64,000 nt of DNA from Minisyncoccota bacterium (GCA_021734905.1 JAIPIB010000004.1:6743-70742), one strand, 5' to 3'. Counted from the first letter of the stretch, positions 31,640 through 42,053 are shown. Notes: a model not told the origin generated them from the letters alone. A program made the numbers and translations.

Positions 31640-32152
31640 CTACTTAACGACCAAAGTCCCCACCATACCGCTTGCTCTATGTGAACCCACGGAGCAATAG
31701 TATTCAAATGTTCCAACTTCGTCTGCAACAAAGGTAACTTTAGAACTATTCCCTGTTTGCACTTTCTCTGTGCGCGCACTGAACTCATCAAGTACCCAAT
31801 CATGGAAGCCCTCAGTACTTATGAAGTTAATAGTAACGACGTCTCCCTTTGTTACATGAATTTCCTTGAGGTTAAAACTGAAATTTTCACCAGCTACTTC
31901 AAATACTTTTGTCTGCGGGGCCTCAGTTGTTGGGAGTTCAGTATCAACCACTACATCAGCAATCGGCAGTTCCATACCAACATCGCTTCCCGGCACCTCA
32001 TCGGTAAGTGCGTCGATTGTTTCGCTTTCTGGTACAAGGTAAGAATTTTCTGTCGATGGTTCTTGTAAGGAAGATTGTGAACTATCAGAAGTCATCCAGA
32101 GTAAACCGGAGGTTAGCACAAGCGCTATTAGAGCAATATATAGTAGTTTCAT
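31640..32152 (-). CDS. Membrane-anchored cupredoxin-domain protein
   Basis: N-terminal TM; H...YYCSVGSHRASGMVG type-1 copper ligands. Confidence 0.85.
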   Translation of the reverse strand: MKLLYIALIALVLTSGLLWMTSDSSQSSLQEPSTENSYLVPESETIDALTDEVPGSDVGMELPIADVVVDTELPTTEAPQTKVFEVAGENFSFNLKEIHVTKGDVVTINFISTEGFHDWVLDEFSARTEKVQTGNSSKVTFVADEVGTFEYYCSVGSHRASGMVGTLVVK

Positions 32153-32219
32153 AGAAAAAATTATTGATTCAGGAAAGTATTATTTTATCATGTACATAAA
32201 CATGAAGATAATCAAAATA

Positions 32220-32507
32220 TTACTCAACGAGCAAAGTCTCTGGTTGAGGAGGAAGACTGTTTTTTCGAGAAAAGAGTCGTTTAAATTTGTTTGTAAAAAC
32301 GATACGTAAACCGAGGATTTCTAATCCAACAAAGAAAAGAGTTCCTCCAGGAGTGAGTGGTGTTACGAGCATAAGAAAGCCGAACACAACAAGAAACCAA
32401 CCAGCGATTTTTCGAAGTCGTGGCCTTGTGAGGGTATAATTATTAAATCGTTCGCGCATATACTCATGGTGACGCACAACCATGATCGTTCTTACAAGAG
32501 TGAACAA
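32220..32507 (-). CDS. Small membrane protein (PGPGW-like)
   Basis: G.FL...G..M..TPLTPGG...FVGLEILG; start uncertain. Confidence 0.55.
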   Translation of the reverse strand: MFTLVRTIMVVRHHEYMRERFNNYTLTRPRLRKIAGWFLVVFGFLMLVTPLTPGGTLFFVGLEILGLRIVFTNKFKRLFSRKNSLPPQPETLLVE

Positions 32508-32619
32508 GTAAACATTAATAAATCATTTTGTGTTAAATGCCGAGGAATAGAAATACAAAAAAACGAGGACGAGCCTCGTTTTTTTACAATAGATCTAAAG
32601 ATCCAAAAGTGACGATATG

Positions 32620-33414
32620 TCAGATCTTTAACTCAATCGTTGCATCTTCCCGTAGGCTACTGATTAAGTCAGCGACAACTTGTTGCTGTTTCTGACTAAG
32701 AATTTGAGCTTCGATTTGTGGTTTGATTTCATCGAGTGGAGGAAGTTCATTTTCGCCAGCATCAATTCCATCCAAAAATGCCGCTACCTCATCATCCGTT
32801 ACGGTAAGAGCATTGATTGAGGTTTTTGATTCAATATACTTATCTGCAAGTACGCGTTCCTCGATATTGCTTCGAAGTTTTTCTTCCGTAAGTCCTATTT
32901 CAATCATCTTTGATTTGAGAGCATCTTCTCCTCCAAGTTCTGTTGCGAGCTCATCATATTTTTCTTGAACCTCTGCATCGGTAACTTCTATTTTGGCAGC
33001 ATTTGCTGCAGAGATGAGAAGTGCATTATTGACGAGGATCTCAAGTGCTTGATTCTTTACTTCTTTCTGAATTGTTTCTTGGGTAAGGTCTATCCCTTGA
33101 GCAACAGCATTTTTTTCAATAAGGGAAACACTGTCTTCATATTCAGTCTGACTGATTTTATGACCATTTACTATGGCGACGGTCTGGCTATTTACGCGCT
33201 GGGCATATGTGTAGTAGCCAGCACCAACAAGAATGAGTATTGCTACTACTGTAGCACTGACAATGCGTTTATCTTTGTAAAATGGCAGTATCGATGATGA
33301 GCCAGCCCCAGCACTTTGAGTTGTTTCCGTCGGAACCTCTTCAGAAACGGCACATACAGGACTCACAACTTCTGGGGCAATATTTTGTTCGTCTTTTTCT
33401 TGTTTAGTATCCAT
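32620..33414 (-). CDS. SurA N-terminal-domain / PrsA-like chaperone
   Basis: TM, then VAIVNG.KIS, L..LV...LL...A....I.VTD.EV. Confidence 0.8.
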   Translation of the reverse strand: MDTKQEKDEQNIAPEVVSPVCAVSEEVPTETTQSAGAGSSSILPFYKDKRIVSATVVAILILVGAGYYTYAQRVNSQTVAIVNGHKISQTEYEDSVSLIEKNAVAQGIDLTQETIQKEVKNQALEILVNNALLISAANAAKIEVTDAEVQEKYDELATELGGEDALKSKMIEIGLTEEKLRSNIEERVLADKYIESKTSINALTVTDDEVAAFLDGIDAGENELPPLDEIKPQIEAQILSQKQQQVVADLISSLREDATIELKI

Positions 33415-33481
33415 AGGGTGTTAGGTGATTACAATAAAATATTAGTACAGACTACCATGGGTGGTATTGATTGCACAGAAA

Positions 33482-33817
33482 TCAGTGTGAGCTTTGATCC
33501 TCATGAGTTTTTGAGTCCTCGTCTGAAATTCCCCATTGCCACTTAGGAGACTCTCCTTTTTTGTAGCATATAACAATAAGAATAACGATGAGAATAACGG
33601 CGTGAGGGGCAAAAGCTATAAGCGTGTCGCTTTCTGAGTGTGAGTTTCTATCAATTCTTATAAAATCCCCTAATACGACAGCAATCCAAAGAAGTGTGAC
33701 TCCCCATCCCTCCCTTGTTGCTGGAGTCCACCCCCAGCCGTAGAGCTTTCGTTTGAACCAATATCCTTCAGGATTGTCCTGCATATAGGCGAGATGCTTT
33801 TTGAGAAAGTCTTTCAT
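33482..33817 (-). CDS. Small membrane protein
   Basis: WFKRKLYGWGWTPATREGW, two TM helices, KGESPKWQWG. Confidence 0.7.
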   Translation of the reverse strand: MKDFLKKHLAYMQDNPEGYWFKRKLYGWGWTPATREGWGVTLLWIAVVLGDFIRIDRNSHSESDTLIAFAPHAVILIVILIVICYKKGESPKWQWGISDEDSKTHEDQSSH

Positions 33818-34107
33818 GAAAAATAAATTAGTTTTATAAAGAATTGAGTGTGTCTCAGTACATACCTTATATAGTATGAAGGATAGTCAGTGAAGCGCAA
33901 TGGGTGGATGTATTTACGCAAGTTTAGCGTTCACATGTCTGTTGATGTCGATATGTTTAATCTGATCAGAAAAGGTAAAAAAGAGCTTCATATCCTTTAA
34001 TTTCCAGTACGCACTTTAAGTGTGTGTAAAGTCGTCGGCTATTTCTATTTTAAATAAGAAATATCGACGGAAGAAGAATTATAGTCGCGATGCTCGTTAA
34101 TTCTTCT

Positions 34108-35562
34108 TCATTTCTTTCCTAAATCGAGAACTTCATCGATTCGTATCTTTTCAACAAAATCAGGAACGTGAGAGACGAGAATCATCGCGCCTTCGTATTT
34201 ATTGAGCGCTTCAGCAATCACTGGTAGGTGACGGAAGTTTATATGGTTGGTAGGTTCATCGAGGATGAGAAGCCCGGGTTTCATGAGAACAAGTTGTGCA
34301 AATGCAACAAGACCTTTCTGCCCTTCCGAGAGACTCCCGATTTTTGTACGCATAACATCTTGACCGAGGAGAAAGCCAGCAGCGCATGACCTCATGTCCT
34401 CCTCAATCTTACGCTCCATAACCGACATAAGCGCGTCAAAAACTGTATCATCAAAATTGAGCGTAGAAAAATCTTGTCGATAGTATCCAATCTTTACCTG
34501 GGGTGAAACGGTCTCCCCTTTTGCGTGTCCAGAAGCAAGAGTCTCGAGAAGCGTACTTTTGCCAATACCGTTTGGTCCGACTAACTGCAGGTGCCATCCC
34601 TTCTTAAGGGTAATGTCGCACTTTTTTTCTGTCGGCTTGTGATTTCTAATTACTTTGAATGACGTAATTGTTAAAACTTTTGGAGGTATATCTTTCGGGA
34701 TACTTATAACAAACGGACGGATAGTTTTATCTTCACGTCGCACATCAACTTTGTTTTCCTCATAATCTTCCGCTTTCTCACGCATTCGCTTTGCAACAAG
34801 ACGCATCTGGCCCCCTTTCATTGCAAAAAAGTTTGCTTTGTCTTTGTTTGCCTGAATCTCTTTTGCATATTGAGCATTCTTTCTATTTTCTTTTTCAATA
34901 CGAAGAGCAATCTCTCGAACTACATCGTGGTAGTTTCCATCGTATTGCTCGACTGTGTGCGTATGGACGTCGAGGTAAAGAACGCCATGGGTGAATGCAT
35001 TGAGAAAATCAGCATCATGAGAAATAACCACAACAGTTTTCTTGTAGGTTCTTAAAAATTCAGTAAGGTGTTCGATTCCATCGACGTCGAGATTATTGGT
35101 TGGTTCATCAAGGAGGAGAAGGTCTGGATTTTGGATAAGTGCTGACGCAAGAAGAAGTCGTGCCTGCTGTCCCCCTGAAAAAGAGCTAATGAGGCGATCG
35201 TGTGGAGTAGCAAAATTTACCACCTCAAGCACCGCATCAATTTTAGGGTCAATGTCGTACATCTTTTCTGTGAAACACTTTTCAAAAAATTCTTTAATGG
35301 TAAGTGAAAGTTCTTCACGAGGTATTACCTGCCGCGAAACAGCGATGGTTGTTCGCGGCATGACGTTGAGATCACCGCTACTCGTGCGTAGGGTGCCGGT
35401 GATTAAATCAAAGATGGTACTCTTTCCTGCACCGTTCTGGCCCATGAGGGTAAATTTCGCTCCGCGTCGAATAACAAAATTTGCACCAATGAGAATTGGT
35501 TTGTTGTGTGTGTACTCAAACGAGACATCACTAAAGGTAATGAGACCGGCTTCGCGTGACAT
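34108..35562 (-). CDS. ABC-F family ATP-binding protein
   Basis: Two ABC domains (GQNGAGKS...SGGQ...LDEPTN; GPNGIGKS...LSEGQ...LDEPTNH) with linker and no TM domain. Confidence 0.9.
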   Translation of the reverse strand: MSREAGLITFSDVSFEYTHNKPILIGANFVIRRGAKFTLMGQNGAGKSTIFDLITGTLRTSSGDLNVMPRTTIAVSRQVIPREELSLTIKEFFEKCFTEKMYDIDPKIDAVLEVVNFATPHDRLISSFSGGQQARLLLASALIQNPDLLLLDEPTNNLDVDGIEHLTEFLRTYKKTVVVISHDADFLNAFTHGVLYLDVHTHTVEQYDGNYHDVVREIALRIEKENRKNAQYAKEIQANKDKANFFAMKGGQMRLVAKRMREKAEDYEENKVDVRREDKTIRPFVISIPKDIPPKVLTITSFKVIRNHKPTEKKCDITLKKGWHLQLVGPNGIGKSTLLETLASGHAKGETVSPQVKIGYYRQDFSTLNFDDTVFDALMSVMERKIEEDMRSCAAGFLLGQDVMRTKIGSLSEGQKGLVAFAQLVLMKPGLLILDEPTNHINFRHLPVIAEALNKYEGAMILVSHVPDFVEKIRIDEVLDLGKK

Positions 35563-35882
35563 AAGTGTGTAGACTAACGTATTTTTAGAGATATTGGAAG
35601 CATAATAAAATAAAACAACTCGTCACATGTATGACGAGTTGTTTTATTCAGGCTCTATTTCTTGTCGCTCTTTTTTGGTTTCTTCTTTTCTTTTCGATGA
35701 CCATCTCCTTTTGCCATGGTGATTTCTTATTTCAATAATACCTATACTGTATCATGCGGTGATCGGGTAAAGGTTATTCATGTGTGCAGAATGGCGGGCT
35801 TTGAATAGAGATCAGTATAAAAAATGCGACAGACAAAAGAAAAGGCGCTGGCGGCGCCTTTTTGGGTTGAAGAACATTTGAA

Positions 35883-36248
35883 TCATTTACGTTTGTGCAT
35901 TCTTGGTCCATGTATACGTAGACGTGCAACATTCGTCTGACCAAAGGTTGTCGTTTCAAGCCTTGGGTCATTGGTTAGTACACAATACATGTCAGCCCTC
36001 AAATGCTTCGCGATAGGTTCACTGTCAGAATCGAACTCATCACCATCGTCATCGGGTGTTCCTGAACGAAGAGCCGATATGTCATCATCATGCAAGTAGC
36101 CTTCATGAGGATCTACCCAATCCCTGAGAGGATCTTTTCTTACCTCTCCGAGTCCATCATCACTCCCTGGGTAGCAATTCGTCAAATCTGCATCACTTAG
36201 TGCAACAAGTGATGGGTACATCATTTTTGAAAAACAGTCGACAGGCAT
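35883..36248 (-). CDS. Hypothetical acidic protein
   Basis: AAGGAGGA SD before the ATG; TTGACA-containing promoter upstream. Confidence 0.55.
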   Translation of the reverse strand: MPVDCFSKMMYPSLVALSDADLTNCYPGSDDGLGEVRKDPLRDWVDPHEGYLHDDDISALRSGTPDDDGDEFDSDSEPIAKHLRADMYCVLTNDPRLETTTFGQTNVARLRIHGPRMHKRK

Positions 36249-36427
36249 GACAGTCCTCCTTGGTGAATTATTATTGAGGTGATTTCGTGTTTACAACAAA
36301 AAAACGGTGCTTCTAAGTGCCATAATGCTACTAGATGAAAATTTGTCAATAATATACGAAGGATAGGGATCTTAATTGAAGTTATGAAGAATTCGAAGTT
36401 TATCTTGTTACTTGATACACTAAAGGT

Positions 36428-37219
36428 ATGAAAATCTTCTCATGGAACGTCAACGGCATCCGTGCAGTGTTAAAAAAAGGTGAATTACAGCGGTTTATTG
36501 CAAAACATAACCCGGATATTCTTTGTTTGCAGGAAACGAAAGCATCTGAGGATCAAGTTGATATAGATTTTCCTGAGTATGATGGGTATTGGAGCTCGGC
36601 GGTAAAAAAAGGATACGCAGGAACCGCAATTTTCACAAAAATAGCGCCAATACAGGTGATTTTAGGAATTCCGGAGGATATTGCCTCAAAATATTCACTT
36701 GAGGATAAGTACGGAGACACTATGAAGGAGGGGCGAGTAACAACGCTTGAATTTGATGATTATTATGTAAGTACCGTATACACTCCGAATGCAAAAGAAG
36801 ATCTTTCGCGCATTCCAATGAGGCAAGCATGGGATCCTGCATATTTAGAATATATGAGCACTCTCGAAAAAAAGAAACCGGTAATATTTTGTGGTGATCT
36901 AAATGTCGCACATACTGAAGACGATCTTGCTCGACCAAAAGAAAATGAGGGGAATAAAGGTTTTACAAAAGAGGAACGAGCTGGTATAGACAATATTGTT
37001 GAATCAGGATTTGTTGATACGTTTAGGCTTTATAATTCAGGAAATGGATTTTATACGTGGTGGTCACACTGGGGTGGAGCACGTGATAGAAATGTCGGGT
37101 GGAGGATTGATTATGTGATGGCTTCAAAAAGTTTAGTTCCAATAATAAAGAAAGCAAATATTCATAGTGATGTGATGGGAAGCGACCACTGCCCTGTTTC
37201 AATCGAAATACAGGATTGA
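36428..37219 (+). CDS. xth: Exodeoxyribonuclease III
   Basis: SWNVNG, LCLQETK, GDLNVAH, GWRIDY, GSDHCP. Confidence 0.96.
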   Translation: MKIFSWNVNGIRAVLKKGELQRFIAKHNPDILCLQETKASEDQVDIDFPEYDGYWSSAVKKGYAGTAIFTKIAPIQVILGIPEDIASKYSLEDKYGDTMKEGRVTTLEFDDYYVSTVYTPNAKEDLSRIPMRQAWDPAYLEYMSTLEKKKPVIFCGDLNVAHTEDDLARPKENEGNKGFTKEERAGIDNIVESGFVDTFRLYNSGNGFYTWWSHWGGARDRNVGWRIDYVMASKSLVPIIKKANIHSDVMGSDHCPVSIEIQD

Positions 37220-37243
37220 GTAAATATCGCAGTATTTAAGCCG

Positions 37244-37283
37244 TAAAATGAGCGTGTCCTTTATAAAGGACACGCTCATTTTA
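37244..37283. repeat. Perfect 40-bp palindrome
   Basis: TAAAATGAGCGTGTCCTTTA|TAAAGGACACGCTCATTTTA. Confidence 0.85.
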
Positions 37284-37963
37284 GTTATCCCCAGTTATAC
37301 ACAGGTATGTCCTTTACAGTAATTTATAAAGGACATACTATAGTGATAGGCCCAGAAAGGGCGAGCAGGTAACACAGGGTTACCCCTTAAAGAGATCGTT
37401 ATAAAATTGAGTTAATACCTCCAAAAAAACTCTTAGTACATCACACCGGTGAGGGACGTCGAACAAACTTAGTTCGCGCGCAAATCACCAAAACTATATG
37501 AGTCACATTTATGGAATTGAACCTCACTTGGTTCATCCACTTGAAACCTTATGTTTCAGCAATGACTCAGACCAAACCAAATAGACCGACCAGACCCAAT
37601 AAAGCCCGTAGGACTGGACGCTGAAATACCACATTTCGGCTTCCGATCCCACGGGCTTTTTTTAAATGAAGCATAGAGCGTAGCGACAATGCTGAATTTA
37701 TGTCCCGATTTGTCCTTCCTTGGGCAAATCGCTGGACGAAGTGAGCAAACGAGCACAGCGACTATTGCGAACTTATACAGAAACTCGTAGATATTTTTGA
37801 GAACATAGTGAAAAAATATCACGAGTTGTTGGATTTTGAGACAAGGAACGTAGTGACTGTGCTGTATTTGATCGTATTTTTAATGATTGAAAGGAATGCA
37901 AAAATTAAAGTGAATTACGTAGCAAGAGGAGATATTGTGATGAAGGAAACGTTCCTGTGATGT

Positions 37964-38257
37964 ATGATTAAAATAGATAGAAAGGAGTTCATCATGTCCA
38001 AAAAAATTAAGGATTTGGAACCAAAAGTTGAGCCAACCGAAGAAGAAGTTGCGGCTTATGAAAAATTACTTCGTTTACAAGTAGATTCCTGGGGATATTT
38101 GGTAGTACAACAAGAAAAGCCAGACGTATCTAACAAAAAGCAGCCATGGATTCGACGCAAACCACCAGGAATTCAGGTTACAGGGAAGGTAACGAAAAGG
38201 AGAATGGTTCAAAAAGTATTCCAGTTCCTACTTTTGCTTAAAAAAAGAAAAAGGTAA
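37964..38257 (+). CDS. Hypothetical protein (possibly the end of a longer TGA-interrupted frame)
   Basis: AAGGAG SD before an internal ATG (MSKKIK); terminator hairpin follows. Confidence 0.5.
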   Translation: MIKIDRKEFIMSKKIKDLEPKVEPTEEEVAAYEKLLRLQVDSWGYLVVQQEKPDVSNKKQPWIRRKPPGIQVTGKVTKRRMVQKVFQFLLLLKKRKR

Positions 38258-38317
38258 AAAGCCCAAATAGTGATTACTATATTGGGCTTTTTTAATAAAT
38301 TTTGATCTACTGAAAAC

Positions 38318-39790
38318 TCAGGTCACCTTGTGCTTCTTGTGTAGTTCCGCCACTGCTTCAGCTTCCTCTTTTTCTTTCTTGTCTTTTCCCTTCTTACCTA
38401 ACACATCAAGTTCTATTTCGGTCATCGCCATGAGTTCAAGCGCCCTTTTCTCTAAGTATTCAGTGGTATTTTTAAGAGGGTCGTCGAGAACTTCCTCAAG
38501 GAGTGCGTTTAGCGTGTCACCAAGTTTTTTACTTGGTTTTTCGTTAGTTATTTCCATAATACGAGAACCATCAATTTTGAGCATCTTTACTGAAATAGGG
38601 TCGCGGAGGGCTTCTTCAACCATCGCTGTATATTTCCTAAGTCGAAATGGCTGCTCTTTTGGTCTCCCTGTTCCTATTCGGTCACATCGGCGAAGCTTTA
38701 GAAGATCCCAGATATTCTCTTGCCCAACATTTGCTATGGTTCTTCGTACAGCAGAAAGTGTTATTTCAGCAGGGTCAGAGAAGAACATGTGCCATCGTAT
38801 AAGTGTGGTGATGCGGTCAATTCTTTCCCGAGGAAATTTAAGTTCTTGCAATGCTTTTTTCGCAACGCGAGCACCAACAACCTCATGTCCATGGAATGTC
38901 CAGTCATTCTTTTCTTTCGACCATCTGCGTGTTTCTGGCTTTGAAATGTCGTGATAAAGCCCTGCAAGGCGAATGTCGAATTCCCAATCTTTGTCAGCAG
39001 CATGCTGCATGGTGCGGAGGAGGTGTTCGTAGACATCAAATGCATGTGCTTGGTTCTGTGCTACTCCAATTCCGCGAAGAAGATCGGGAGCAACATGCGT
39101 GAGAAGCTTGAGTTTTTCAAGAAGGATAATTCCCTGCATTGGCTGTTTCGAATTAAGGATGCGAGTGAATTCATCGCGGATACGCTCCTTTGAAATTCGT
39201 CCGAGGTTATCACTACTTTCTGCGATTGCGGACATCGTATCGCTTTCAATAACGAACCCGAGTTCAACCGCAAGGCGTACCGCTCGCATCATGCGGAGAG
39301 CGTCTTCCTGGAAGCGTTCAGAAGCAGTTCCAACAGCACGAAGACGCTTATGGAGGATATCCTTTTCCCCGTTGAATAGATCAACGATTTTTTCATCTTT
39401 AAGCCGATATGCGATCGCATTTACAGTAAAGTCACGGCGTTTCAGGTCTTCCTCAAGCGATACACCAAAATTAACCGAGTCCGGTCGCCGTGAATCAGAA
39501 TATTCGGATTCAGTACGATACGGTGTTACTTCAACAACCTTAAGTGTTGGATCTTCTGTCTCTGGGTTTACAATACCAACCGTACCATAATCGTTATTAA
39601 GGAATGTCTCAGGAAAAAGACTTTCAATTTCTGTTGGGTGAGCAGTAGTGGTAATGTCCCAGTCCTTGGGGGTTTTACCGATGAGGAGATCACGAACACA
39701 TCCACCAACAAGGTACGCTTCAAAACCTCGGTGTTCGAGGGTGTCAGCAATGTGTTGAACTTCCTTTGGTATCTCGCTTCGCGTGATCAT
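38318..39790 (-). CDS. cca: CCA tRNA nucleotidyltransferase with HD domain
   Basis: LVGGCVRD..PKDWDITT, DLKRRDFTVNA, EDALRMMRAVR, YHDISKP. Confidence 0.92.
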   Translation of the reverse strand: MITRSEIPKEVQHIADTLEHRGFEAYLVGGCVRDLLIGKTPKDWDITTTAHPTEIESLFPETFLNNDYGTVGIVNPETEDPTLKVVEVTPYRTESEYSDSRRPDSVNFGVSLEEDLKRRDFTVNAIAYRLKDEKIVDLFNGEKDILHKRLRAVGTASERFQEDALRMMRAVRLAVELGFVIESDTMSAIAESSDNLGRISKERIRDEFTRILNSKQPMQGIILLEKLKLLTHVAPDLLRGIGVAQNQAHAFDVYEHLLRTMQHAADKDWEFDIRLAGLYHDISKPETRRWSKEKNDWTFHGHEVVGARVAKKALQELKFPRERIDRITTLIRWHMFFSDPAEITLSAVRRTIANVGQENIWDLLKLRRCDRIGTGRPKEQPFRLRKYTAMVEEALRDPISVKMLKIDGSRIMEITNEKPSKKLGDTLNALLEEVLDDPLKNTTEYLEKRALELMAMTEIELDVLGKKGKDKKEKEEAEAVAELHKKHKVT

Positions 39791-39860
39791 AATTATATGA
39801 TTGTAGCAGAAAACCGTTGCAATTTCGCCTTACTAACCGTATGATAGCCAAGTCGCTATC

Positions 39861-39932
39861 GCACCCATAGTGAAATGGATATCATAACTGACTTCGGATC
39901 AGTCGTTGGGGGTTCGAGTCCCTCTGGGTGCA
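39861..39932 (+). tRNA. tRNA-Arg(UCG), no encoded CCA
   Basis: GCACCCA/TGGGTGC acceptor; ACTGA-CTTCGGA-TCAGT anticodon arm; GGTTCGAGTCC T-arm. Confidence 0.95.
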
Positions 39933-40064
39933 CAAAATGCCAAGCGCAACACGAAAGTGTTGCGCTTGTTGCGTTTTGGCACTCAGAGGGACTCGAGAAG
40001 GTTGCCAGCTATTTTGTAAAAATAGCGACAACCTGTACTGAAACTGTAAGTTTCGAGTCCCTCC
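39929..40064 (+). repeat. tRNA-linked structured element, 136-bp direct repeat copy 1
   Basis: Identical to 41918-42053 except one base; contains an inverted and a direct copy of the tRNA-Arg 3' end. Confidence 0.95.
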
Positions 40065-40246
40065 AATAATAGACTTCAAGCTCAGAAGTAAGGTTTTTTA
40101 AGGTATTGGTACACAGAATGTACCAATTACAAGAAATATGGCAATTCCTTACTTCGCTATATAAAAGTATAAGTACAACTATTGTTTAATACAAATTAAT
40201 GTATAAACTTGCATATATAGGAACAATAAGATATAATTGATGCAAT

Positions 40247-41410
40247 ATGATAAGAAAACTTAAGTTCAAAAACTTTTATTCCTTTAAGGAAGAGCAGGTT
40301 CTAGATTTCACTGTTACCAAGAAGAAAAGTGACGAATACTATGAATCTCTTGACGGAACTCAAATAAGCAAAGTGATGGCTTTTGTTGGTCCGAATGCTT
40401 CTGGAAAAACAAGTGTCATGAAGTTGTTTGGGTTTCTGAGCTATTTTCTTACATCAGCTTCCAGAGATATCAAAGATACAAATGACACTGGCTTTAACCA
40501 ATATGCATTTTCAAAACCAGAAACAAGCCTTTTGAGTATAGAATTTGAGACTGCTGAAAATCTATTTACTTATGAATTAGAGTTAGACCCTAAACAGGTA
40601 TACCAAGAAACACTTCATAAGAAGATTTTAAAGAAACGAGCACGACCCCTCTTAGTCTTCCATCGAACAATTGAGGGAGTTGAACTAAATAAAAAAGTTC
40701 TTAAAAATATTCCCAAAAAACAACTTGCGTTGTTGCGAAGTGACATTTCCTTAATTGCTTTTTTAAAAGCTAACTTTGATGTGCCGATAATTAATGAAGT
40801 ATATGAATATTTCAATTTATGGTTTGCAAATAATATAAACGAGTCAGGGTATATTGCTTCCCCAGAAACTAAAATGGACGATGCTGCGCAAAGTTACTTA
40901 AAGATTCCGTCATTGAAAGAAAAAATGGAAGAATTTATTAGAAACTTTGATGTTGGAATTGATAAGTTTCTTATTGAAAAGATAGATAGCAAAATTGTAA
41001 TTAAAGGCTGTCATAAAATTAATGACAAAGAACATAATATTCCTTTCCAGTATGAATCTCGTGGCACAAAAACGTTATTTGTAGATTTACTCCCTATTCT
41101 AGGAGGGTTAGAAATTGGAAATTGCTTAATAATTGATGAAATTGAAACAGGACTTCATCCTCAGGCGGTTGATAAATTAATAAGCTATATCGTAGATCAC
41201 ATAAGAAGATCAAAAAAACAGTTTATTTTTTCCTCTCACTCTTTTAACTTTTTAGAGTTATTCGATGCACCACAAATTTATTTAGTTGAAAAGAATGAAA
41301 ACAAAAGTGAAGTCTTTAGATTAGACTCTCTAGGTGTACGACCAGATGAGAATTTCTACTCTAAATATATGAGTGGTGCTTATGGCGCATTTCCTAAAAT
41401 AAGAGTGTAA
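40247..41410 (+). CDS. AAA_21/AbiEii-type (RloA-like) ATPase
   Basis: F.NFYSFK, VGPNASGKTS, ESRGTK signature, IIDEIETGLHP, FSSH, C-terminal Y.SGAYGAFP. Confidence 0.88.
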   Translation: MIRKLKFKNFYSFKEEQVLDFTVTKKKSDEYYESLDGTQISKVMAFVGPNASGKTSVMKLFGFLSYFLTSASRDIKDTNDTGFNQYAFSKPETSLLSIEFETAENLFTYELELDPKQVYQETLHKKILKKRARPLLVFHRTIEGVELNKKVLKNIPKKQLALLRSDISLIAFLKANFDVPIINEVYEYFNLWFANNINESGYIASPETKMDDAAQSYLKIPSLKEKMEEFIRNFDVGIDKFLIEKIDSKIVIKGCHKINDKEHNIPFQYESRGTKTLFVDLLPILGGLEIGNCLIIDEIETGLHPQAVDKLISYIVDHIRRSKKQFIFSSHSFNFLELFDAPQIYLVEKNENKSEVFRLDSLGVRPDENFYSKYMSGAYGAFPKIRV

Positions 41411-41412
41411 AT

Positions 41413-41883
41413 ATGAAAGTTCGCCAAATAAAGAAAATGTGCCTCTTGTTTGGCGAAGGCGGGAAAGAAGAAATCTTCTTTCGGTTCTTAGAAAACAGTA
41501 ACAGGTTCAAGAATCGCTTCCCGGATTGGGGAATAGAAATGTCGCATGCGTCTGGGGAAGCGTGCTCAGTTATACTTCAAAAATGTATAAATTTCACATC
41601 CAAGCGTGGTTTCGATTTGGTAATATGCTTTATTGATACAGATAAACTGCAAGAACATGGAAGTCGAAGTGAAGAAGAAAAGAATCGTTTAGAACAGTTA
41701 GCAACAGAACACAGGATTAAAATAATATGGCAAGATCCTGACCATGAGTCAGAGTTAAGTAGGGCTACAAATGGTCGAATAAAAGGAAAAGCTGGTATGC
41801 GGCGGCGGCTAGAAAATAACCTTCAAGCTATCTCAAAAAGCGCTTTTATCCGTAGGATTTTCGCCTTTTTCCCAAATGAGTAA
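41413..41883 (+). CDS. RloB-like TOPRIM-fold protein
   Basis: LFGEG.KE..FF and VICFIDTD (E...DxD); coupled to the ATPase. Confidence 0.7.
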   Translation: MKVRQIKKMCLLFGEGGKEEIFFRFLENSNRFKNRFPDWGIEMSHASGEACSVILQKCINFTSKRGFDLVICFIDTDKLQEHGSRSEEEKNRLEQLATEHRIKIIWQDPDHESELSRATNGRIKGKAGMRRRLENNLQAISKSAFIRRIFAFFPNE

Positions 41884-41917
41884 GTCTATACTCTTGTTCC
41901 AACGTCGTCCCATAACC

Positions 41918-42053
41918 TGCACAAAATGCCAAGCGCAACACGAAAGTGTTGCGCTTGTTGCGTTTTGGCACCCAGAGGGACTCGAGAAGGTTGCCAGCTA
42001 TTTTGTAAAAATAGCGACAACCTGTACTGAAACTGTAAGTTTCGAGTCCCTCC
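41918..42053 (+). repeat. tRNA-linked structured element, 136-bp direct repeat copy 2
   Basis: See copy 1; carries the perfect antisense GCACCCAGAGGGACTCGA. Confidence 0.95.
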
